From assembly GCA_963728565.1 (NCBI GenBank), contig CAVSLC010000013.1, positions 416,001 to 480,000 of the forward strand: 64,000 nucleotides of DNA, in the 5' to 3' direction. Shown in pieces: positions 9,001-19,494 of this stretch. Numbering within the stretch: position 1 is the stretch's first letter; each line of letters starts with the position of its first letter. The position numbers were made by a program, and so were the translations under genes. The notes beneath the pieces are model-generated. The model did no database searches. It saw only the letters and a list, made by a program, of their open reading frames with translations, and had not been told where the DNA came from. Source of the stretch: an uncultured delta proteobacterium (lineage in GTDB: Bacteria; Desulfobacterota; Binatia; UBA9968).

Positions 9001-10053
9001 CTATCCGCGCGGCGGCAGCGGCTCATGCTCTGCTAACTTTTTATAAAGCCCAATGACTTCCGGGTCGCGCGGTAACTCTTTTACCAGCTTCTGAACATCC
9101 TCTCCCGTGAGCGGCGTCGGTTCTCGCCCCATCAGTTTCTTGAATTCCTGCTGGAATGCCGAATCGTTGAAGGTTTTGATCATCGCTTGCCGCAGTATCA
9201 TGACCAGTTCCGGAGGAGTTCCGGGCGATAGATGATGCGGCCAGCGCGGCACCTGGAAGGCACGGAACAATTCTATGACGTTTCGTTCTTTGTCGTTCTT
9301 GGCGAATGTGTCGAGGTCAGGCAGGCCAGGGAGGCGGGGATCGGTTCTCCCTTTGGGATTGCTGATGGTGGCGTGGACGTGAATATTATCCATCATGTCT
9401 TTTCGCAGCAGGCTGTCGGTGTTGCTCGTGGTTCGGGCGTCGAGCTCGTTGTTCTGCATGGCGACGTCCATCTCAGGATCGGTAAAGCCAACGACGAACT
9501 TGGGCTCTTTCAAATCCAGCATATAAGCAAACATACGCGCGGTCACATACACCGAGTGTCCCACCGAGTGAGCTCCTATGCGCAGTGCCGGCGCGCGCCG
9601 CATTTTGTCGAGAGTGTCCAGTCCGGCTGCTTTGCGGGTAAATAGAATGTACGGATTGCCGGTTTCGGTAGAGCCTATGTATGGAAATTTGTCGATATCA
9701 TAATTGCTGCCTGGCAAGCCCAAAATAGGCCCGGGAATCATCGCGCCGGCGGACGCGATCTTTAGACCATCAGGTTTGGCGGTGTAGAAATAATTCGCCG
9801 CCTTCCTTCCACCCGCGCCCGGCATGTACTCCATCACAATCGTCGGATTTCCTGGAATATATTTCTGCAGATACGGCATCAGAGCCCGCGACTGAAACTC
9901 ACCCGAACCACCGGGGCCTCCGCCGCGGATAATCGCAATCGTCTTGCCGACATAGTACGGCGTCTGTGGAAGCACGGGCGCCGCGAAAAACACGTTGCTG
10001 AATGCCAGCGCGGCCAGCGCGCACCGGATGACCCTTCTATCCGCGCGATCCAT
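9001..10053 (-). CDS. TctC/Bug-family substrate-binding protein (divergent)
   Basis: Signal peptide, YYVGKTIAIIRGGGPGG, MPGAGG, KPDGL. Confidence 0.85.
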   Translation of the reverse strand: MDRADRRVIRCALAALAFSNVFFAAPVLPQTPYYVGKTIAIIRGGGPGGSGEFQSRALMPYLQKYIPGNPTIVMEYMPGAGGRKAANYFYTAKPDGLKIASAGAMIPGPILGLPGSNYDIDKFPYIGSTETGNPYILFTRKAAGLDTLDKMRRAPALRIGAHSVGHSVYVTARMFAYMLDLKEPKFVVGFTDPEMDVAMQNNELDARTTSNTDSLLRKDMMDNIHVHATISNPKGRTDPRLPGLPDLDTFAKNDKERNVIELFRAFQVPRWPHHLSPGTPPELVMILRQAMIKTFNDSAFQQEFKKLMGREPTPLTGEDVQKLVKELPRDPEVIGLYKKLAEHEPLPPRG

Positions 10054-10214
10054 GCTACCTCCGAGAGATTTGCTACCGGTATGCCGATGTTGTGAAATCT
10101 GTGATTACTACATATCTAAATTGCCCCTTAGCTGTCGAGCAAATTCTAGCGGACCACATCACAGTTCGGCGCGCCCTTCGATTCCGACAGAGGCGAAATG
10201 GAAAAATCGTCACT

Positions 10215-10560
10215 CTCGGCAAGCCGATGCTTTGACATCGACGATTGAATAAGCAATTTGATCGGGTTGCCGGGCGATGAGACCACCCCGGATCGCGTAG
10301 CGCTTGGGCCAAAAGTCTTCACCCTCATCATAGAACCGCTTGATCTGTTTATTGACGACGATGCCGAATGGCGCGCTGTCTAAAACGGGTAACGATCCGC
10401 GCGGTCGAACTTGGGCGCCCGCGGTCGGGCTCGAGATGAGGCGCGATCGCCCAAGTTCGACGCCGCGCTCGAGGAGCTCTTTTGACATTCGTCCCTGGTT
10501 GTGCCGGGTGCCGCGGATGATGAAGTTGTCCGCGGCCTCGCCCCAGTACTCTCTCAACCA
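10215..10560 (-). pseudogene. tcuA: Remnant of FAD-dependent tricarballylate dehydrogenase (TcuA-like)
   Basis: Fragments EYWGEAADNFIIRGT, APKFD..IVTR and DSAPFGIVVNK..RFYDEGEDFWPKRYAI match TcuA as I recall it. Only ~110 codons remain, with internal frame breaks and no start. Confidence 0.7.
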
Positions 10561-10771
10561 CGATGAAAATGTTACGCGCCGCGCATGCTGGGAATCGAGT
10601 CGTCACTGCTCATCTGGTCCTAACTTAAATACTTCAAATCTCGAAAGTACTGCTTCTAGCATCTCGGTACTGAGATAATCCTATTTTCTTGACTCGCCAT
10701 TCGCTCACGACTAGTGTCCACATCGAGTGAGATTTACTGTCAGGCAAGACCCGAAACGATAGGAGTCGAGG

Positions 10772-12226
10772 ATGAACCAACAGAATACAATCAGTCGCCG
10801 GGGTTTCTTGGAGGCCGTGGCCGCATTGGGCTCGCTCGGTCTCGCGAGCTGCGCCAGCAATGACCGGCAAGCGTCAAGATCGGCGGCGCGCGGCCGAACG
10901 GGGCCGCTCCCCCATCGCCGTGAATTCGTGGTGCGCAATGCCTATGTGGTGACCATGGACCCTAAACTCGGTGATATCCCGCGCGGCGATGTCCACGTGC
11001 GCAACGGCGAGCTGATCGCAGTAGGCCCGAATCTTACCGCGCCCGGCGTCGAACAGATCGACGGCAGCAACCGCATTGCTTTACCGGGCTTCGTCGATAC
11101 TCATTTTCATCTGTGGGGCAGTTTCGCGCGCGGCATCGTCGCCGATGGCGAGTTCGATTATTTTCCCGTGATGAGCCGGCTCGGACCAGCGATGACTCCC
11201 GACGAAGCATATGACAGCGCCCGGCTCGGCATCGCCGAAGCCATCAACTCCGGGCTTACGACGATTCACGACTGGTCGCATAATATTATTTCCGGCGCTT
11301 ACGCCGACGCCGATCTACGCGCAATTCGCGACACCGGGATCCGCGCGCGCTTTTCTTACGGCTACAGCAGGAACTTGCAGACCAAGCCGGAGCAGACCGC
11401 CGACTTCGCCGATATCGCCCGGGTCAAGGAAGAATGGTTTGGCTCATCGAACGACGGTTTGACGACCCTGGGATTCGCGTCGCGCGGCGCGGGCGATACG
11501 CCGCCCAAGGTTTACCGGGCCGAGTGGGAGTTCGCTCGCAGCCAGGGACTGCCGATTACACAGCACGCCGGGCGTTCGCTCGCGGAGATCAAAAGATTTC
11601 GGCGCATCGAAATGCTGTACAAGGACAGGCTATTGGGTCCCGACGTGCAGCTCATTCACACTTACAGCGCCTCGCCCGAAGAACGCGCCATGATTGCCGA
11701 AACCAAAACACACGTGAGTATCGCGCCGTTCACCGCGTCGCGGCTAGCTTCCGGACTTCCCTACCTCGGCGATCTCCTGAGTAGAGGGGTTCAATGCAGT
11801 CTCTCTGTCGACACCACGACCGTAGGGGGTAATGCGGATATGTTCGGCATCATGCGGCTGATGCTCCAACTCAATCATCTGCGCTCGATGAATGTCATGG
11901 AAGTGCAACCACGCCGGATATTAGAGCTGGCCACGCTCGATGGCGCCAAGGATCTCGGCATCGCCGATAGGATCGGATCGCTGAGTCCCGGCAAACGCGC
12001 CGATTTGATCCTGGTACGAACGGACGACCTCAATGTCGCGCCGTTTTTCAATCCCGCCCTGTTGCTGGTGCAGCAGGCGCAACCCTTTAACGTCGATACG
12101 GTGGTGATCGATGGGCGCATTCTCAAGCGCAAGGGAGAGTTGCTCGCGTTGGATGCTCAGGAGGTGATCCACAAGGCTGCCGAGTCATTCAATGCGGCGC
12201 GCAAACGGGCCGGCGGCCCGTACTAG
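10772..12226 (+). CDS. Metal-dependent amidohydrolase/deaminase (AtzA/SsnA-like) with Tat lipoprotein signal
   Basis: SRRGFL twin-arginine motif plus LASC lipobox; PGFVDTHFH, QHAG, SVD, GSLSPGKRADL. Confidence 0.88.
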   Translation: MNQQNTISRRGFLEAVAALGSLGLASCASNDRQASRSAARGRTGPLPHRREFVVRNAYVVTMDPKLGDIPRGDVHVRNGELIAVGPNLTAPGVEQIDGSNRIALPGFVDTHFHLWGSFARGIVADGEFDYFPVMSRLGPAMTPDEAYDSARLGIAEAINSGLTTIHDWSHNIISGAYADADLRAIRDTGIRARFSYGYSRNLQTKPEQTADFADIARVKEEWFGSSNDGLTTLGFASRGAGDTPPKVYRAEWEFARSQGLPITQHAGRSLAEIKRFRRIEMLYKDRLLGPDVQLIHTYSASPEERAMIAETKTHVSIAPFTASRLASGLPYLGDLLSRGVQCSLSVDTTTVGGNADMFGIMRLMLQLNHLRSMNVMEVQPRRILELATLDGAKDLGIADRIGSLSPGKRADLILVRTDDLNVAPFFNPALLLVQQAQPFNVDTVVIDGRILKRKGELLALDAQEVIHKAAESFNAARKRAGGPY

Positions 12227-12416
12227 ATTGCACGAAGATCATTGAAGAGAGATGCCCAGATTTCTAGGTTAGGTAACGGTGGTTAGAAGCTAAGACGTTC
12301 CGCCAAAGTGTCACTCCGAATGTTTGGTAGCGGTCATTTCGGAGTCTCGCTCAAATTCCACTAAAACATAGCGGAAAGACGGACTTTGATTCAACCCACA
12401 AATGGGCAGTTAAGTT

Positions 12417-12543
12417 GCAGGCTGTTCAAAAAGCGTCCAGATGCGAGGCGCGCGATAGATCGATGAGCGGAGGCGTACTTTTAGTACGTTGCAGCGAGGC
12501 GATTGAGCGCAACAAAGCATGTGGGCCTTTTTGGACAGCCTGC
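12417..12543 (+). repeat. Miniature inverted-repeat element, copy 1
   Basis: TIRs GCAGGCTGTTCAAAAAG / CTTTTTGGACAGCCTGC; internal GAGGCGTAC..GTACGTTG..GAGCGCAAC.AAGCAT shared with 3 other copies. Confidence 0.85.
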
Positions 12544-12544
12544 T

Positions 12545-14227
12545 TCATGCTCGCGTCAGTGGCCGATACTTGATTCGATGCGGTTGTTCCGCTGCGGCGC
12601 CCAGCCGCTGCTTGCGGTCCGTCTCGTACTCCGAGTAATTGCCATCGAACCAAACGACTTTGCTGTCGCCTTCGAATGCCAGGATATGGGTCGCGATGCG
12701 ATCGAGAAACCAGCGATCGTGGGAAATTACCACGGCGCAGCCGGCGAAATTCTCCAGCGCCTCCTCCAGAGCGCGCAACGTATTAACATCCAGATCGTTG
12801 GTCGGCTCGTCGAGCAACAAAACGTTGGCGCCCCCTTTCAACATCTTTGCCAGATGGACCCGATTGCGTTCGCCGCCGGACAACATCCCGACTTTCTTTT
12901 GTTGATCGGTTCCGGAGAAATTAAACCGCGCCACGTACGCCCGCGAGTTCATCTCGCGCGCGCCGAGCTTCAGTGAATCCGCGCCGCCGGTGATTTCCTC
13001 CCAGATCGATTTTTCCGCATCGAGGATTCGGCTCTGATCGACATATCCGAGGACCACCGTTCCACCGATGCGAATCGTTCCGCTGTCGGGTTGCTCCTGC
13101 CCTGTAATCATCCGAAACAACGTCGTCTTGCCGGCGCCGTTCGGACCAATGACGCCGATGATGCCGCCGGGAGGGAGCGAAAAGCTCATATCGTCTACCA
13201 GCAGGTGATCGCCGTAGGCCTTGGAAACCCCTTCCGCTTCGATCACGGTGTTGCCCAGGCGCGGCCCTGGCGGAATGTGAAGGTCTAGATCTTCGCGGCG
13301 CTTCTGTGATTCCTGCTCAAGCAGCGCATCATAGGCATTGATGCGCGCCTTGCCCTTGGCCCGCCGCGCCTTCGGCGACATACGAATCCACTCGAGCTCG
13401 CGCTGCAGTGTCTTTTGCCTTTCGCTTTCGGATTTTTCCTGGCGGCGCAGACGTTCCTGCTTCTGTTCCAACCACGAGGTGTAATTCCCTTGCCATGGAA
13501 TGCCCTGGCCGCGGTCGAGCTCAAGAATCCAACCCGCGACATTGTCGAGAAAATAACGGTCGTGGGTCACCGCGATGACGGTTCCGGGATAACTCTGCAG
13601 GTGATGCTCAAGCCACGCGACGGACTCGGCATCCAGGTGATTGGTAGGCTCATCGAGTAAAAGAATATCCGGCTTCTGCAAAAGCAAGCGGCACAAGGCG
13701 ACCCGGCGACGCTCGCCCCCTGAAAGCACCTTGACCGGCGTTTCCGGAGGCGGGCAGCGCAGCGCATCCATGGCCATCTCCAGCCGCGCATCAAGATCCC
13801 ACGCATCTTGATGATCGAGCTTCTCCTGCACCGCACCCTGGCGCTCGAGCAGCGCGTTCATTTCATTGTCGGACATCTCTTCCGCAAACTTGGCGCTGAT
13901 GTCTTCAAACTCTTTCAACAGATCAACGGTCTCTTGGACGCCTTCTTCGACAACTTCGCGCACGGTACGCGCCTCGGCAATCAATGGTTCCTGCTCAAGA
14001 TGGCCAATGGTGTAGCCCGGCGAGAGGATCGCCTCGCCGTTGAAATCCTTGTCAACTCCAGCGAGTATGCGCAGCAGCGAGGATTTGCCCGATCCGTTGA
14101 GACCGATGACGCCGATCTTGGCGCCGTAGAAATAGGAAAGATAAATATCTTTCAGGACGGCCTTCTTGTCGTAAAACTTACTGACGCCGACCATGGAATA
14201 GATGACCTTATTGGGTTCTGTGCTCAT
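12545..14227 (-). CDS. ettA: Energy-dependent translational throttle protein EttA (ABC-F)
   Basis: Two ABC domains ([32 protein letters not shown]), LQRELEWIR linker, [11 protein letters not shown]-terminus. Confidence 0.95.
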   Translation of the reverse strand: MSTEPNKVIYSMVGVSKFYDKKAVLKDIYLSYFYGAKIGVIGLNGSGKSSLLRILAGVDKDFNGEAILSPGYTIGHLEQEPLIAEARTVREVVEEGVQETVDLLKEFEDISAKFAEEMSDNEMNALLERQGAVQEKLDHQDAWDLDARLEMAMDALRCPPPETPVKVLSGGERRRVALCRLLLQKPDILLLDEPTNHLDAESVAWLEHHLQSYPGTVIAVTHDRYFLDNVAGWILELDRGQGIPWQGNYTSWLEQKQERLRRQEKSESERQKTLQRELEWIRMSPKARRAKGKARINAYDALLEQESQKRREDLDLHIPPGPRLGNTVIEAEGVSKAYGDHLLVDDMSFSLPPGGIIGVIGPNGAGKTTLFRMITGQEQPDSGTIRIGGTVVLGYVDQSRILDAEKSIWEEITGGADSLKLGAREMNSRAYVARFNFSGTDQQKKVGMLSGGERNRVHLAKMLKGGANVLLLDEPTNDLDVNTLRALEEALENFAGCAVVISHDRWFLDRIATHILAFEGDSKVVWFDGNYSEYETDRKQRLGAAAEQPHRIKYRPLTRA

Positions 14228-14319
14228 TGTCTAAATCATTTCCCTTGAAAGTGGGTTTTTCAAGCTAGCCTGTCAGATCGGATTGTGCAAGAAATAATCA
14301 AATCGGCTGCGATTACGTT

Positions 14320-15312
14320 ATGGGGACAAACCTGAAGTTCGGGCTGCTGCTACCGCATTTCTGCGAGCATGCATCAGTGGCAAATTGCCTTGAAGGGGCG
14401 CGACGCGCGGAGACCTATGGCTTCGACTCTGTCTGGGTGCGGGATCACCTGGTGTTCGAACCGCATGGTATCGAGGGCAGCGACAATACTCACGTTGAAG
14501 GCTTGTTGCTGCTTTCGGCGATTGCCGCTGTGACAAAAAGCATATCGCTGGGGACTTCGATGGCGATTTGCCATCGCCACCCGATCCACCTAGCGCAACT
14601 CTTTGCCGGTTTGAGCGTGATTTCGCGCGGCCGCGTCATCATGGGCATTGGTTTGGGCGGATTCCCGCACGAGTTCGCCGCGGCAGGTTACCCGACGGCG
14701 ATCGATCAACGCGCCGAGTTGGTTAGAAGCAACGTGCAGATTTGCCGGCGGTTGTGGGCGGGTGAAAGGGTCTCTTTTAAAGATGACTATTTTCAGTTTG
14801 CCGAAGTCGCGCTGAAGCCCTGTCCGGTTCGCCCGATTCCAATCTGGTACGGCGGTGGCACACCGGCCGCCTGCCGGCGCGCGGTGGAGTACTGCGACGG
14901 CTGGATGCCGGCGCGAACCACCTTGGCGACTTTCGAGAAACTCATCGGTTACCTGCGAGAGCTCTGTCGAAACGCGAACAGACCGATGCTTAGCGCGGCG
15001 GTGATGCCCTTTACCAGCGTCAGTAAAGATCGCGAGACAGCGCTGAGCAAGATAAGCATCGAGTCATTGCTGCGAGAGGCCAACAAGTTTCCAACCTGGG
15101 TTAAACCGCCGAGCGGCGTGTTTTCAAGATTGGATGATATCCGGGGTTTGATCCTGGCGGGAACGCCGGCAGATGTGATCCGTGAGACGCGCGCCTATGA
15201 AGACGCCGGCGCCGATCACATCGTTTATGATCTGCGTTTCCGCTATGCCGATTGGCACCAACAAGTGGACCTTTTGGGACAAGAAGTCTTGCCGGCGTTT
15301 ACACGCCGCTGA
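14320..15312 (+). CDS. LLM-class flavin-dependent oxidoreductase
   Basis: GFDSVWVRDH, SRGRVIMGIG.G, PIPIWYGG, CDGWMP. Confidence 0.9.
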   Translation: MGTNLKFGLLLPHFCEHASVANCLEGARRAETYGFDSVWVRDHLVFEPHGIEGSDNTHVEGLLLLSAIAAVTKSISLGTSMAICHRHPIHLAQLFAGLSVISRGRVIMGIGLGGFPHEFAAAGYPTAIDQRAELVRSNVQICRRLWAGERVSFKDDYFQFAEVALKPCPVRPIPIWYGGGTPAACRRAVEYCDGWMPARTTLATFEKLIGYLRELCRNANRPMLSAAVMPFTSVSKDRETALSKISIESLLREANKFPTWVKPPSGVFSRLDDIRGLILAGTPADVIRETRAYEDAGADHIVYDLRFRYADWHQQVDLLGQEVLPAFTRR

Positions 15313-15434
15313 AAAAGACCCATACGCTTCGTTGCTCTTAAACTTCTCGCGTCAACGTACTGCAGGCGTACGCCTCCAGCGCGTCGAGGTTCGATTTCAC
15401 GCGCCTCGCCTTTGGATCTTTTTGAGCAGCGTGC
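15301..15434 (-). repeat. Miniature inverted-repeat element, copy 2 (supplies the LLM stop codon)
   Basis: TIRs ACACGCCGCTGAAAAAG / CTTTTTGAGCAGCGTGC; internal core is the reverse complement of copy 1. Confidence 0.8.
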
Positions 15435-15441
15435 TAAGAGC

Positions 15442-16590
15442 CTAAGCGCCGTGTGAGAGATAATAGACGCGGCGCACTACAGATCGTAAAATCTCGACAG
15501 CATTCTCGCCGAGGATCTTTTTCTTTACGGTTTCGGAAAGATCGCTGCGGGCGCGCACGACGTCCATGGAGCGCTCACGCGCTTCACCGTGCGGAATATC
15601 CGCGGAAGCCATCATCTGGTCCTCGCCGAGCAGCTCGAGGACCTGCGGCAACGACGCCTCCTCGGCTTCGCAGGTGAAGAACACCCGCCCTTCTTTTAAG
15701 TATTGCGGCGGACGCTTTTTTGGCATGTACCCGCCCCGCGCATTGCCGGTATCGGCGTGATAGTAGTGATCCATCCGGCCGATCCAGTACGGCAGCCACT
15801 CCGAGCCGGCCTCAAGGAAGGCCACGCGCAAGCGAGGGAATTCATCCAATACGCCGCCGCCGAGGATGGACCAGAAGGCCGCGAGCACCGGCAGGGTGAA
15901 TGAGATCCTCGACATGTAAATATTCTCGCAGCTCTGGTTGAGCCCGGGATGACTCCAGCCGACGTGAACACAAAACGGCAGGTTCTGCCGTTCCATTTCC
16001 GCATAAACCGGGAATAAGGACTTATCGTGCAAGAGTCTCTCACCGGCTGTTCCCATCGTGGTGATCGCCGAGGCGCCGAGTTCCTTGCAACGCCGCACCT
16101 CTTTGGCTGCCTCGGCCGGCGAGCGCAGCGGCACGACACCCGCCCATTTCAAACGATGCGGAGCCTGAGCGCAGGCGCGCGCGAGATAGCTGTTGTACGC
16201 GCGCATCAGCGCAGCTTCGAAGACCAGGTCATCGGTTAACGTGGCGAGAAACAAGGTGGGATAGATAACCTGAACGTCAAGACCAAAATCGTCGAGATCT
16301 CTCAAACGCGCCTTGACATCGGTAAGGCCCTGGCTGCCGACGCTGAACGGCTTGGCTTGCGCGTAGGTTGAAGTCAGCGGCGTCGCAATCAGGATCGTGC
16401 CGGGCCCCTCGAGTTTCGGCACCGCAGCTCCGTCTATGTACCAGAACGCGTTGAGATTCGTGTGGCCGATATTCTTCTCGAGAGTGACGGGAAACGGTCG
16501 CCGTGATTGGAACTCCGGCTCTAGATGATCCCAGATCTGAGTCACCTCCTCGATATGGGAATCCGCATCAACGATTTTAAACTTTTCCAT
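15442..16590 (-). CDS. Amidohydrolase_2 family protein (LigW/ACMSD-like)
   Basis: VDADSH, VHVG, FLEAGSEWLP, SADIPH, ILGENA. The true end is probably ..SRFYDL* at 15477 after a +1 error. Confidence 0.88.
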   Translation of the reverse strand: MEKFKIVDADSHIEEVTQIWDHLEPEFQSRRPFPVTLEKNIGHTNLNAFWYIDGAAVPKLEGPGTILIATPLTSTYAQAKPFSVGSQGLTDVKARLRDLDDFGLDVQVIYPTLFLATLTDDLVFEAALMRAYNSYLARACAQAPHRLKWAGVVPLRSPAEAAKEVRRCKELGASAITTMGTAGERLLHDKSLFPVYAEMERQNLPFCVHVGWSHPGLNQSCENIYMSRISFTLPVLAAFWSILGGGVLDEFPRLRVAFLEAGSEWLPYWIGRMDHYYHADTGNARGGYMPKKRPPQYLKEGRVFFTCEAEEASLPQVLELLGEDQMMASADIPHGEARERSMDVVRARSDLSETVKKKILGENAVEILRSVVRRVYYLSHGA

Positions 16591-16612
16591 AACAAGCTCT
16601 CCGATGATCTCC

Positions 16613-17593
16613 TTACAGTCCTAGCTCTTTCTGCGCCTGGCGCAGATAACTCACATCGATATATTTTTCCGGTCCCGGCAGCGGCTCTTTCAGCACCCCG
16701 TCCTGCGCCTGCACCTCAATGTTCACTTTGAGCCCCGGCAACGTCACCTCGCCGTTTACGGCATAGACTTTTTTCTTGATGTAATAATCGATCCCGCGAC
16801 GCGAGTAAGGCGCCTGCAGGCCAAGCTCCTTCGTTAAAAAATCCGCGGCTTCGGCAGGCCGGTCATAAATCCAGCGCAAAGCCTGAATGTGGCCCTTGAT
16901 GAATTTGACCACTGAGGGGCGATTTTTTTCAGCCCATGCCGGATTTATATTGATGGAATTGAATTGATAGGTCGAGATCACCTCCATCGTGTCGCCCAGG
17001 CTCGGGAATCCTTTGTCGACGGCAATGTCCCCGTAGGGAATCCCCAAGACGGCGCCGGCAATGGCGCCGCTTTCAAGAGCGCTCAGACGCGCCGGCGTGC
17101 CGCCCGCGATCACCACCATCGAAAAATCCCGCGGATAAACAAGCCCTTTGCTCTTGAGATAAGACAGCAGAATGGACGTGGCGCCGCCGCGCAAGCTCGC
17201 AACCCCAAGTCTCTGTCCCTTGAGATCCTCGATCCGCTTGATGTTTTTTGCCCCGACCAGAAGATAAGGCGCGGCGTTGCTCGAACCCGCGGCAACCTTC
17301 AGCTCGCCGCCGCCACCGCTGCGCTCGTTCCAGATGATAATGCCGTCGGCATTGATATTAGCAAAATGAAGATCGCCGGTGACCAGCGCCTGAAGCTGAA
17401 CATCGCTCCGGCCGATGCTCACAAGATCGACTTGCAAACCTTCTTTAGGATGGAAGTGCTTGCGCGCGATGAAAAACGGTAGGTAGTTAAGATCTCGAGA
17501 CGTATACCCGGCGCGAACCGTCTCGGCTCTGCCGGAGTGCGCAAGGATCAAAGCAGATAGAAGCAGCAGAATGAGAATGACTGTCTGTTTCAT
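16613..17593 (-). CDS. ABC substrate-binding protein, NitT/TauT family
   Basis: Signal peptide, EGLQVDLV, IEDLKGQRLGV, ARLSALESGAI. Confidence 0.88.
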   Translation of the reverse strand: MKQTVILILLLLSALILAHSGRAETVRAGYTSRDLNYLPFFIARKHFHPKEGLQVDLVSIGRSDVQLQALVTGDLHFANINADGIIIWNERSGGGGELKVAAGSSNAAPYLLVGAKNIKRIEDLKGQRLGVASLRGGATSILLSYLKSKGLVYPRDFSMVVIAGGTPARLSALESGAIAGAVLGIPYGDIAVDKGFPSLGDTMEVISTYQFNSININPAWAEKNRPSVVKFIKGHIQALRWIYDRPAEAADFLTKELGLQAPYSRRGIDYYIKKKVYAVNGEVTLPGLKVNIEVQAQDGVLKEPLPGPEKYIDVSYLRQAQKELGL

Positions 17594-17907
17594 AGCGCAA
17601 TGTCTCTCCTTTTATGCGGCGATCTTTGGCGTTGTATCAGCGCTCCAGCTACACGTCAAAGGAAGCTTCTTAAGCATTTCAGACACGACAGCAAGCATCG
17701 CATCGAATCTGCTCTCGAATGAGTTGCGGCTGCGGATTGATAATGGCGAATGCCGGTAGACTAGGTGAATCGTGGTTGCTCCGACAACAACGATAAAATG
17801 TTTTCAACTTGAGTGTGACAAAGAAAAATACGTCCGTGGAGTCGCCAGAACAAGAATGGTTACTATAAACATCGTCTCCAAGTCAAATCACACCGATGGG
17901 TAAACCG

Positions 17908-19275
17908 TCACCTGTCCCGCACTATTTGGCTTGCGTCGATCTCGCTCACCCTACCGATGCATAGCCGGTTTACAAACCACAGGACGACGCCGATCGCAAT
18001 CAGCACGCCCACTCGCACATAAACAGCGGTGTCGCGGCCGGTGATCGGTAGGGCCAGGATCAAGCACACCAAAGCGCCGAGAACCGGCATCCATGTCGGT
18101 GCGCGAAAGTGCTCATGATCGACCCGGTCGCGCCGCAGCACCAGCACGGATACGTTGACCAGCGCAAATACGCACAGCAGCAAGAGCACAGTGGTTTCGG
18201 CCAGGCCGCCGATATCTCCGGTAGCCACCAGCACAGCAGCGATTGCGGTCGTGAACAGGATCGCGACCCATGGGGTGCCGCGTACCGGGTGGACACTGGC
18301 AAATATAGCTGGCACGACGCGCTGACAGGCCATGCCGTAGACCAGACGCGACGCCATAATCATGTTCATGAGAGCGGTATTGGCGACGGCGAATAGCGCG
18401 ATCAACGCGAACAGCTTGGGCGGAAACGGCAGGCCCGCAACCTTGACCACCTCAAGGAGCGGTCCGGAAGAATTCGTCAACGTCTGAGTGTCGACCAGCA
18501 TAGCGGCGGTAAAGGCTACCGCCATGTAGACGACCGCCGCTACGACGATGCCGCCAAACAGCGCGTAAGGAAAATCCCTCGCCGGATCCTTCGCCTCTTC
18601 CGCAAGATTAACCGAATCTTCAAAACCGAGCAGCGCATAGAAGGCCAACGCGGTCCCCTGCAGCACACTGAGAAAAGCGCCAGCGCGCGGGTTGAACTCT
18701 AACGCCCGGCCCGGATCGCCTTCGCCGGTAAGTAACGCATAAATTCCAATGACGACAATCACGACCAAGCCGGAACCTTCGATGACGGTGAGCGTCACAT
18801 TCACCTTGACGGACTCGGAAATTCCGACAAAGTTTACCAGGGTTACAAGTGCGAGAAAGATCAGCGCGCCGGCAATAACCGGTAGTGTTACGAACTCGGC
18901 GAGATATCGGCCGCCGAAGGCCTGGGCCGAGACGCCTGCTGAAGTCACACCGCTCATCATAACCGCGAACGCCACGATGAACGTCACGAAAGGAATTTTA
19001 AATGCCTTATTGACGTAAAGCGCCGCGCCCGCCGCTTGGGAATATTTTCCCGCCAGCTCGGAGTACGCAGCTGCGGTCAGTACCGCGAGGACGAAGGCGA
19101 GCAAAAACGGCAGCCACAGCATGCCCCCGACATGGCCTGCCACCCTGCCGACCAGCACGTAAATGCCTGCTCCCAGGATATCGCCAATGATAAAGAACAG
19201 CAGCATCCTCCTTCCGATGACCCGCTTGAGGGAGGATGGCCTGGACTCTTTGGGTGCTTCGCCTGTATTAGCCAT
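17908..19275 (-). CDS. APC-family amino acid permease
   Basis: GDILGAGIY, YSELAGKY..AAG, FYALLGFED, ~12 TM segments. Confidence 0.9.
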   Translation of the reverse strand: MANTGEAPKESRPSSLKRVIGRRMLLFFIIGDILGAGIYVLVGRVAGHVGGMLWLPFLLAFVLAVLTAAAYSELAGKYSQAAGAALYVNKAFKIPFVTFIVAFAVMMSGVTSAGVSAQAFGGRYLAEFVTLPVIAGALIFLALVTLVNFVGISESVKVNVTLTVIEGSGLVVIVVIGIYALLTGEGDPGRALEFNPRAGAFLSVLQGTALAFYALLGFEDSVNLAEEAKDPARDFPYALFGGIVVAAVVYMAVAFTAAMLVDTQTLTNSSGPLLEVVKVAGLPFPPKLFALIALFAVANTALMNMIMASRLVYGMACQRVVPAIFASVHPVRGTPWVAILFTTAIAAVLVATGDIGGLAETTVLLLLCVFALVNVSVLVLRRDRVDHEHFRAPTWMPVLGALVCLILALPITGRDTAVYVRVGVLIAIGVVLWFVNRLCIGRVSEIDASQIVRDR

Positions 19276-19494
19276 GATTGTTTTCTTTAGCTTTTCATCG
19301 GATCTACTAGAGCACGATCCTATGTGCAAGAGGAGGCGCTGCCCTGGTACGGCTCAGGGCGGTATGAAGAAGGCAATCGCGTATGCGTTTGCCCGCATCA
19401 TTTTCGACGAATATACTCCGACACACATCGGCTCGAAAGGAAGTCCCAATCAGTCGATCACCGAAGGGATATTTCCGGTGAAAGGATCAGAGCA

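Noticed and set aside
12426-12976. ORF-track ORFs spanning the repeat or antisense to ettA, and similar shadow ORFs throughout
   Set aside because: They are shadow frames of well-supported genes in GC-rich DNA, with no motifs or RBS.
12545-14227. ABC protein as the missing ATPase for the orphan SBPs and permease
   Set aside because: It is an ABC-F translation factor (EttA), not a transporter ATPase.
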